Origin: Choristocarpus tenellus KU-1152
Taxonomy: Eukaryota; Protista; Phaeophyceae
Direction of reading: 5' to 3'
Length of the DNA stretch: 33,974 bases
Assembly: GCA_964200185.2 (NCBI GenBank)
Contig: CAXNAD020000058.1
Span: forward strand, 1-33,974
Position numbers and translations under genes: made by a program. Under the pieces are notes generated by a model. The model was not told the DNA's origin, ran no database searches, and worked only from the letters and a program-made list of their open reading frames with translations. Shown piece after piece: positions 26,501-33,974 of this stretch. Numbering within the stretch: the first letter of the stretch is position 1; every line of letters starts with the position of its first letter.

Positions 26501-29167
26501 ATATATTCTTGGTGTGAGTATATCAAGAGACAGCAGCTGCATTATGTTACAAATAATGGAGTAGTCTTGTCCACAAGGCAACTGTTTTAGTTAGTAAGGC
26601 TTGTTCTTGATCAGTAGTTCTCAGGAGCAATATCAACCTCAATATCTAATTGGGACTAGAACCATGGTTCCACCATATACTCCCTCAGAGAGTAGAGATA
26701 TGATGCAAGTTTTAAAAAGATAAAACGACAACTCAAAAACAGAGTATTGAGGTGTTGAGTTTTCCAAACAAGAGGATTTATGGGGCTGTGGATTCCAAAC
26801 TGCACTTGCAGCTCATGGTGCTGACTGAACCCAAGTCCTGCTTAGGCCAAATTGGTTGAGAATATCTATCAATTGATTGAAAAGTAGTGCTTGTGTCCTG
26901 TATGAGGCCATGGCTTAATATGGTCTCAGAGACAAAATTGGTGTATGACAATCAAATCAAAGACCAACAAACTTCGAGGGGAGCAAATCCTTCCACTTTT
27001 ACATAGAGTACCAGACATCTATGGTCCATGGCATCAAGAAATGCTGGAGATTGCTTCCTGTTTCACTCTACATGGGGCTCATTCAAAAAAAACTATCCAT
27101 AGCGAATATTGCAGGTCGGTTTGATTTTCAGTTTGGTCCAATGCCTATCTACTGAAATAAGGATGTGTTGGTTTGAATTCTACATGAGAACAAGTCAGAC
27201 AAACTTTGAGTTGACAGATGCCTCAGGACTGTATATGCAGGCCTGTGGGCTGTGCAAGTAACGTACATGAACTCTGAAATAATTTTCTAATATTTTTGAT
27301 GCCTTCCTTGACGCTGAACACTCCCGACTGTCACCCAAGAGCATTCCACACCACATCAAAAGCCCTGCTACAGCATTGAATATCATATGGGTACTAGACT
27401 TGACTGCCTTCACGTGTACTGTATAACAGGCCCAGAATATACTCAAGTAGGTCTGAGTAGATACAACGCACTGCCTCTCTTGATTGCAATAATCCAACCA
27501 CCTTAATCAGTTGTACATGGTGTGGATAAGATCACAAAACGGAGGAATTCAATCAGGAGGAGGAAATCGATAAGAAGGCAATACTTATACACACGCACAT
27601 GAACGTCGTTAAAGTCTTGGCGGCTGAATCCAGGCCCACCGTAGCCTCCAAAGACAACAAGGGAGCTTCCAATTACATTTCCAGAGTGTGAGCCCCTGGG
27701 ATCTGGACAACCCTTCCACGGCTTCTTGAAGGTTACAGTACCTGCACGATCATTGATGAAAAAGAGGAAAAAAGTTTTTTTTTCTATTTGGATTTTTTTT
27801 TTTAGGAGAGACTGGAAGCTAGGCAACAAAAAGTAGGTTTTCAAAGACAGAAAAAATGAAGTATCATGTATTTTGCCCCCCATCACTATGCACTCAGGAC
27901 CAGTTCAACATTTGCACTTAGGATTACATTGCACTGACCTGATTGGGGGAAAGTTGTTTGTTCCACCTCACTGCTCTCAGTTCACGGAAGAAAAGTTCAA
28001 AGTGTTCACTCACCGTCTTCTGCCTCCTCGGTGATGCCTGGTTGTGGTTGGGACCACTTATCACACACAGTGTCAAGCAACCACAGGTCGTTAAATCGTA
28101 CACTGGATGACTGGAAGCCTCCAAAGATGATGAGGGTACCCTTGTCATCGACAGATGCTGTGTGATGCCAGCGTGCTGCTGGGTACCTTGCCGGAGTACT
28201 GACCTTTTGCCAGTAGAACTCCACCGCTGTTACAAAAAAAAAAGCTGTAGTGAGACCGCCTTCGTTTCGTTTGTAGGCGTATCCACAAAACCGAGGACAC
28301 ACAATAATATTATCACAAGAATACTTTCAATTTCCATTTTAGCCATTATCTAAAGAGTGTCTGAAATTACGGCGAAATAGCAGAATATTGAGGCTGTGTG
28401 TGGGCTGAGAGATAACAAACCTAAAGAACTCACCATTACTCATATCCAACTTGTACATGTCATTTGTAGGTCCAGGAGGCCTCTTCTGAGGAACACCTCC
28501 GAAGAGATAACCCATGCTCCCGACAACGGTAAATGAGTGACCAGATCGTTTTGTGGGCACCTGTGGGAAGACAACGTTTCTGATAAATGTCCATATTTGC
28601 GTCCAACCAGACCTCAAGCCTTTTAGTCCTACTCTTCCAAAGTTCGGGTACCTTGCACTGTTGCTGGAATAATTTGAATACAAGGCTAGACTCATTACAA
28701 CCTCATCGCTAGCTCACAGTCCTTGCCAACAACGAGCACTTACATCTCCCATGCACTTGGGCTTATCCCAGTGCATCTGAGGAGCAGCTTGCTGTTGGAA
28801 GGCGAGAATAGGGAGTCGCATACATTGGGTAGGTGGAGTTATATTCAAACTTTAAAATGGATTGGAGTAGCTTGGATGTCTATCCTGACCAGTCTCTAAT
28901 CTAGGCAAGGCTGAGTAATCGTGTCGAACAGTTCCATGAAGCATACTTTCTTTAGTGAGTGAATGATGTTATCTAGTTATTCACTGGATAGGTGTTGGCA
29001 GAGTATATTGTTTGCACTGTTCTGTGTACCTAGGTCCTTTTTGCACACTGCAAGGGGTAGTGAGTGGAGTCGGAGAAGGACATAATGGGAAAAGTGAACT
29101 ACATCAAGAAGATGCACACTCTTAAGGAAAAATAAACAAACCGCTTTAAAGGCTAACCCCTTACCAT
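1122..29167 (-). CDS. ODA11: Outer-arm dynein alpha heavy chain (Kelch-repeat axonemal dynein heavy chain), 5' part; multi-exon, continues beyond the left edge of the window
   Basis: Manually spliced exons in 5'->3' order: 29165-29167 (putative ATG-only), 28744-28791, 28434-28560, 28014-28226, 27599-27741, 25543-25620, 24263-24505, 24020-24121, 23598-23656, 23265-23373, 22719-22868, 22075-22242, 21184-21351, 20523-20612, 20178-20342, 19617-19768, 19201-19354, 18541-18756, 18207-18272, 17678-17773, 17234-17342, 16440-16546, 15618-15758, 15032-15129, 14693-14843, 8511-8735, 7906-7961, 7426-7522, 7056-7167, 5729-5790, 5421-5515, 5039-5153, 3582-3806, 2997-3153, 2723-2805, 2324-2462, 2041-2138, 1538-1630, 1122-1260. 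All introns are GT-AG except one GC-AG, and all phases are consistent (4852 nt). Diagnostic motifs: [11 protein letters not shown] Kelch repeats, [123 protein letters not shown]. These are colinear with my recollection of Chlamydomonas alpha-DHC. Confidence 0.93.
1658..1919 (+). mobile_element. MITE family 1, copy A (intronic)
   Basis: TIRs GAGTCAAAGCCTTTCAAGAGGGTAG ... CTACCCTCTTAAATGCTTTGGGTC, flanked by TTT/TTT. The internal sequence is homologous to five other copies. Confidence 0.85.
2477..2507. repeat. (CA)n microsatellite near a dynein 3' splice site
   Basis: About 15 AC units. Confidence 0.95.
4969..4991. repeat. (TA)n microsatellite
   Basis: About 11 TA units. Confidence 0.95.
7758..7828. 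repeat. Degenerate 12/24-bp AT-rich minisatellite
   Basis: ATTTTCATGATCATTCT(C/T)ATTATT-like units, about 3 copies. Confidence 0.75.
9991..10025. repeat. (TTTGTAGTAA)x3.5 tandem repeat
   Basis: Direct reading. Confidence 0.9.
10678..10936 (+). mobile_element. MITE family 1, copy B (intronic)
   Basis: GAACCAAAGTATCTTAGAGGGTA ... TACCCTCTAAGATACTTTCACTC; flanks AAA/AAA; internal CCTACTCC...GGAGTAGG hairpin. Confidence 0.9.
13791..14049 (-). mobile_element. MITE family 1, copy C (intronic)
   Basis: GAGTGAAAGTATCTTAGAGG ... CCCTCTAAGATACTTTGCCTC; 4-bp TSD AACA; perfect 18-bp internal hairpin at 13870-13909. Confidence 0.92.
17627..17670. repeat. (AGATATT)x6 tandem repeat adjacent to a dynein 5' splice site
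   Basis: Direct reading. Confidence 0.95.
20178..23373 (-). other. Dynein exons encoding IPT/TIG and filamin-type Ig domains
   Basis: [22 protein letters not shown]...[13 protein letters not shown] (IPT/TIG-like); [10 protein letters not shown]...FMIQARDK...[23 protein letters not shown]...PICGSPF (filamin repeat signature). Confidence 0.8.
21445..21696 (-). mobile_element. MITE family 1, copy D (intronic)
   Basis: GAGTGAAAGTATCTTAGAGGGTAC ... CTACCCTCTAAAGTACATAGACTC; 4-bp TSD AGAG. Confidence 0.9.
25682..25950 (+). mobile_element. MITE family 1, copy E (intronic, more diverged)
   Basis: GCGCCAAAGCATTTAAGTGGGTAGG ... CCTACCCTCTCAAATACTTTAGCTC; flanks TGA/TGA. Confidence 0.85.
26158..26341 (+). 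mobile_element. MITE family 2 (poly-G TIR), complete copy
   Basis: Perfect TIR GGCTCAAAGTATCTGGGGGGG ... CCCCCCCAGATACTTTGAGCC; 4-bp TSD AGCA; 184 bp. Confidence 0.9.
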
Positions 29168-29830
29168 GCTTCTGTCTTTGCTAACAAGGTGGTGGCACTT
29201 GGAGGTGTGTACACCGCAGGGCTCTTCAATCTTCTTTTGGAGATCTCTGGAATAGTTTAAGAGGCAATAGAGTTGAAGGCTTAAACGATACCCGACCTTT
29301 GGGGAGATCCCCAACGCCTTAGGCGCGGGTGAGACAAAGAGGTGTGACAAGTACGGGCTTGTGTATTCAATTCTTGATTGTAATGAAAATATATCCTCTT
29401 CTTATTGAGCAACGGGAGATAACGGTTACATGAACTTGCAGTTACTGAATATAAAATCCAAATGATTAGTGTGCGTAAGAAGTTGCAATCTATAATTTGA
29501 AACCTAGCCGGAATAGATAGGAGGGGCTTAGAAATTTCTTGAGTTACACTATCAAATTTTAGCCACTCTGCTTCGGGGTTGCCTGCAACTATTTGTTGAC
29601 CAGTAATCGAGGGGGCGAAGAAGGAGAACTGAGAAGGTTGATTCAAACTACAAGGTCGGCATTGTGCTACCCCAAGATGTACTCCGAGGCAATACAAACA
29701 ACTATTCCAATGTAAAGAGGACGACATTGGTGTCCTTTAGAGGAGTGCGCTGGTCCTCGCATTGCTACTTGTACTATACTCCCCCGTTGTAGCCTGAACG
29801 GGACAAGGAGGGTCCACTGGTTGAATTGCA
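29168..29830. promoter_or_regulatory. Putative bidirectional promoter and 5' UTR region between the divergent dynein and SPEF2 genes
   Basis: About 663 bp between the two inferred, outward-facing start codons. No specific element was identified. Confidence 0.55.
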
Positions 29831-31830
29831 ATGTCAGACTTACTGCTCAGGTGGGTGACGGCGTTTCTATCTTAATTAGGTCGTTATACAGGTGTGGAAT
29901 GATTACCATCGAGAATTTTTTTGCTTTGCAAATCCCTCACTACTTCTGCAAGATCTTGTTCTTGGTGGTGTTGTAATTCAGCAGACCGCTATAGGTATGC
30001 ATCGCGTATACTTCCTCTACAATATATGCAACTGCAGAGCTCACATCCCGCCAGTTGGAAGAAACAAACTCGAACATATCCACCCCAAAGATGTATGCAA
30101 TCCTAGCTAATTTCAAAAACCAATGGCCCAACGGCCACAAGAATTGCTACCACCAAGCTTGAGGCATGATCATCTATTCTAAATCAGATTAAGTATTTTC
30201 CCACCAATACGGAGACGAGAGAAATATCATTTCGCATCATTAAAAAAGAAAAGCTAAATGAAGTCAGAAGTTTGATTTCACAACTGACACGTGCGGCGGA
30301 GCAGGTGGCTAAATGAGGACTTGAACCTAAAGCACACCGTGCTTAACCTAGAGCAAGACTTTGGCAACGGATTTCTTCTTGGAAAAATCCTTAACATGCA
30401 CAATCACCAGCAGGATTTCGACAAGTTCCAGGTGGAACAATGGTTGCTACTGTCCCTTGGAATAAATTACAGTACAGCTCGTCTCATGATTAGAATACAG
30501 TGGAGTGCCTGTTGCTGCCTACCATGCAGAAGAAGTATGTCGCAACATCTTCTTCTGTAGGAGGCCTACCACTTCATATACCAGAATGATAGTATACCAT
30601 ACTACATACTTCTCTGTGATAAAGTTGCTTCATAGGTCTTCCACTTAATGATGAGAGAGTGAATTCTGCTGCCTTACTAGAGTAGCACCATTGCTTGGCA
30701 CAGTTTCTCACTAGAAATGAGACGAAAAATAAACTAGATACAGGTCTGCAAAGTTGTATGAAGCCCTCAGTATATCTATTGGTTGAAGTAATTTCTTTCC
30801 AATTTGCACTATGCCTAGAGGCTGGCTGAAATGAGTACTACGGCAATGGATGATTTAGGTCCAGAAAATAGTGCTGTGAATCGAGAACCCTGACCCTATC
30901 CCTAATCATATCCCCTATCGAAGAATGTTTATTTTATCGACTCGAAAATCTTGATGAACTCAATTGAATGAAAGATTCAGAACGAAAGATTCTGTGCAGC
31001 GATTAAGGAAATACACCCATAGCACCAGGCACTCACTGTGAGATGGCAGTGAGGAAATGACAATTGCTGCGAGAAGATTCAATGTAAAATGAAATGACAA
31101 TTGCTGTACAAATGCTTAAGAAACCAATGACAAAATAGAAGGTCTTGGATTACAACCTTAATTGAATAGGCGAATAATTTAATCAATTTTTGCACCATGA
31201 TTCGCAGCAGACTACTGTAGGAACAATGCAGCATGTGCTTGCTGTTTTCAGGGGAAGATCAAATCCAGTGAATCCTCCATTACCCTGCTTTCTCTCTAGG
31301 ACACAATCTACGTCGAGGAAAGTTTTTCCATCTTTGTGAGACTTGCTAGATTCCCACATCTTGCCAAACTACATAGAAAAGGTAAAATGCTTTTGATATA
31401 GGAACTTGAACATAACGAGTGCTTCCGTGCTGCTGCTAGGATCTTGGTACATCTGATGCAAAAGTGAACAATTTCTGCCGCCTGGAACCTTCCTTACGGC
31501 ACCTTGGAGTCAAATTCAATGCTCAAGTAGCATGTTCAATCATGCAAGGCAGATCTGGTTTCATTGCCACAGTGCTGTACCAGGTGAACTATTATACATG
31601 CCTACCAGCGTCATGGAAGCTCCTCGATGGCAGTATAGATTGGTAGCAAATGGCTGTGCTCAATAGACGGATTGTGAGTTGCTATGTGTAAGGGGATTGT
31701 GTCTTGTTCCATCCATCAAATGGAAAATGTGGCATTAACCTTGCAGTCCTGATTTTTCTCTTCCCAATGATCATCTCGGTGCTTACACACATACAACATG
31801 CAGGCAATATTCAGGTTGGGACTCGAGTCA

Positions 31831-31861
<31 letters not shown>

Positions 31862-33697
31862 TCTTTAGACTTTGATCTCATCACAACTATCTATTGCAGC
31901 AGGAATTACTGGCAGGCACAACACAAAGTACAACAAATTGCCAGATTGTAACACCACTCCTCTCCAACTCCAACAATTTCACCACACAGAATAAAGCCAT
32001 GTGCTCTCTCCTCATTCCTTCTCGCCTGACATAATTTCTATAGCACAAGTTGCGATGATCCATTCTTCAGGTCAAGATGGCACTGGAAAACCTATGCAAT
32101 TTCTCAGCACCTGTATCCATGCGCCGGGAAGAAACCCGGGGCGGTGTGAAGCCCCTCCCAAACCTGTCTCAGCGGCTGACAAAGCCCCAGTTTGATCGTG
32201 CCACCCACGCAGTCTTTGCCTCCACAGTGAAGCAAATGGTTCAGAGTCAGAAGGAAATCAATCTGGCAAGGTGAGGAGAGAACTTATGGCGCTGTTGCTG
32301 CCTGTTTTGCAGTAGAATTGTTCTGCAACGCTGTTGAAAGCTCGCAGAGGACGCAAGGATGGCATGAAGGTTAGGGTGAAGGTTAGGGTGAAGGTTAGGG
32401 TGACATATCAAATCTACTCTCGTAGTTGTTTGAATTCCTTTAGCTTGATGTAATGTGAGGAGCACCTTTCCCAACAGAAATCTGTTTTGAATATAGGCTG
32501 CATGTAAGCATCCGCAGTGGACAAAGCAGTGGGCTGCAAGCAAAGGAAAGGGTGCCCTTCCTCTCTACACACAGTGATAGCACCTGTTTTGTTGGTCCAA
32601 TATGTGTTGATTAGTCACCCTTAAATTGAGACCTCGAGATTTTTGGGCAATGATTGACTTTCTCTTATTTCAACATCTGCATCAAAAGTACTCCAGAACT
32701 AGCGATATCCAAGTAAACTCTTCATGGGCCATAGTTTCCATTGCAAGCTCACATGCTATCAATTTACCACAGCAACTAGAACTACCAATGGATATGTTCC
32801 AGTGAGTGAAAGTATCTTAGGGTTAGGGTACAAGTTTTGCCCTGTTTGTCCGTTTGAGGCTTGCCTTCCCCTGTTTTTTTTTATGACATTTCCTACTCCA
32901 ATTTTTTCGGAGTAGGTAAAGTGTTGTGTTATGAAAGGGTGTGTCAGGAACAAGGACATTGACACTCCCTAACAACACGATAGTCAAAGTTACATCAAAA
33001 TCGCAACATTGGAATTTGGCCCTCAAATGGACGCGGCTCTACCCTCTAAGATGCTTTGGCTCAGTTGGATGGGACTTCTAAGATCAAATCGTTGTCACCA
33101 ATGGAGACTTTTTGTGGGGGGGGTATTATCATTCAAAGAAATCCTGAACGAAGTAACACTGTAGTGTTCCCAATCTCACCTGTATGTTCAACTTCCATTT
33201 TCTGAACTCAGAGAGAGGGAAAATTTACACTTTGTAGAATGCAAAATGTGGTTGAATTAGTGAATTTGAAATTGTGGTGCATTTACTTGATCGCCTCTTG
33301 ATGGCACAGGTCCCTTCAGAGATTTGATGACGAGGGGATCCGACAGAAACAGGCGGTGCAACTGGATAAGGAGAGGTGAGCCCTTGCTTCAAGGTGTGTT
33401 GATTCATTTAGACTTGAAGGTCTAGCGTTAGGGTTGACAATTAATTGATGGTCCACCCTGATCTTTCTCGTGCATTCAATCAGGGTTTACTATCATGTGA
33501 GCCTTCGAGTATTTTCGGAACCAATCCAGGGTCCTTATAGCGTGTGTGTGCCTTTCCCGTTGTGGCAGGGATCTCTTTCAAGAGCTATGTCAAGTTAACA
33601 GGCGCAGTTGCCACTCACCCCTTGCTGCAGGTCAGCACTCACAGAAGAAGTCACATTGGAGGCTATTCGGGCTCAGGGGTTGCATGACCTTGCTCAG
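29831..33697 (+). CDS. SPEF2: SPEF2/CPC1-like central-pair protein (N-terminal calponin-homology domain), 5' part; continues beyond the right edge
   Basis: Exons 29831-29850 (MSDLLLR), 30305-30431 (WLNEDLNLKHTVLNLEQDFGNGFLLGKILNMHNHQQDFDKFQ), 31440-31583 (DLGTSDAKVNNFCRLEPSLRHLGVKFNAQVACSIMQGRSGFIATVLYQ), 32071-32270 (VKMALE...EINLAR), 33310-33375 (SLQRFDDEGIRQKQAVQLDKER), 33631-~33697 (SALTEEVTLEAIRAQGLHDLAQ). Phases are consistent. It matches the SPEF2 N-terminus pattern as I recall it (WLN..L...F..GYLLG..L...K.NNF.RLEP.L..LGV.F...LYQ). The end of the last exon is uncertain. Confidence 0.88.
31831..31858. repeat. (AT)n microsatellite
   Basis: 14 AT units. Confidence 0.95.
32365..32403 (+). 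repeat. (TGAAGGTTAGGG)x3 interstitial telomere-like repeat
   Basis: Alternating TGAAGG and TTAGGG hexamers. Confidence 0.85.
32804..33062 (-). mobile_element. MITE family 1, copy F (in a SPEF2 intron)
   Basis: GAGTGAAAGTATCTTAGGGTTAGGGTAC ... CTACCCTCTAAGATGCTTTGGCTC; flanks AGT/AGT. Confidence 0.9.
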
Positions 33698-33974
33698 GCA
33701 AGACTTGAGCACTTCTTTTTTTGTTGTTGCTTGTTCTGGTCTTGTCTTGTCCACGTTTTCCCAGTTGCTACAGAAGATACAGCAATGCACATTCCATGTA
33801 GGGAGGGTTAGGGTTTTTCCATGAGAAGAGGAAAAACAGAACGTGATCTGTTTCGTCTCATTGGTCAACAAAATGAGAATAGACGCTAGGATAATAGGAA
33901 ACCCCACTCCTACACAGAAGCAGTATCATATATACTTCCTTGTTCTTTTAGGGCTGTGTTGGGGGGGGTCAGGG

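Larger units (their letters stand above)
23265..28791 (-). other. Dynein exons encoding the N-terminal Kelch beta-propeller
   Basis: Repeated P-x-x-R-x-x-H ... (L/V)FGG ... ND(L/V)xxLD ... W units: [54 protein letters not shown] (six blades). Confidence 0.88.

Noticed and set aside
29578-29589. X-box-like palindrome GTTGCCTGCAAC in the divergent promoter
   Set aside because: It is an imperfect match, and RFX factors are not known from the inferred lineage. A single 12-mer is not sufficient evidence.
1711-33026. Recurring short peptides such as [19 protein letters not shown] as a small-protein family
   Set aside because: They are translations of the non-coding MITE copies, with no conserved start, length or frame.
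744-33907. Most ORFs in the six-frame track as independent genes (e.g. 744-1190, 6755-7225, 15686-16261, 25944-26393, 29281-29727)
   Set aside because: They are exon read-throughs into introns, off-frame or antisense overlaps of real exons, or chance ORFs with no recognisable domain.
1-33974. CRISPR array, rRNA, tRNA or a prokaryotic operon or defence system
   Set aside because: There is no regularly spaced repeat-spacer structure and no recognisable structural RNA. The window is explained by spliceosomal exon-intron structure.

Overview
This is eukaryotic, intron-rich genomic DNA from a flagellated organism. I infer an ochrophyte/stramenopile such as a brown alga or relative, but the sequence alone does not prove this. 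Two ciliary genes sit head to head. (1) On the minus strand, the 5' part of a Kelch-containing outer-arm dynein alpha heavy chain (Chlamydomonas ODA11-like) spans about 29167 to 1122. I assembled it by hand into 39 phase-consistent coding exons (about 1617 codons): Kelch propeller, IPT/TIG, filamin, tail/linker and AAA1 with GPAGTGKT. It continues off the left edge. (2) On the plus strand, the 5' part of a SPEF2/CPC1-like central-pair gene starts at ATG 29831, has 6 visible exons and runs off the right edge. The two inferred start codons are about 660 bp apart. The introns carry six copies of a ~250-270 bp MITE family (GAG...CTC-type termini, 3-4 bp target duplications) and two copies of a related ~184 bp poly-G-TIR MITE. 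They also hold probable decayed retroelement debris in a 6-kb intron, microsatellites and TTAGGG-containing repeats. One dynein intron is GC-AG and is bounded by a 9-nt direct repeat. Most ORFs in the supplied track are exon read-throughs or chance ORFs. I found no prokaryotic system, CRISPR array, rRNA or tRNA, and no clearly new biological system. The best leads are the MITE families, the divergent ciliary gene pair and the repeat-bounded GC-AG intron.
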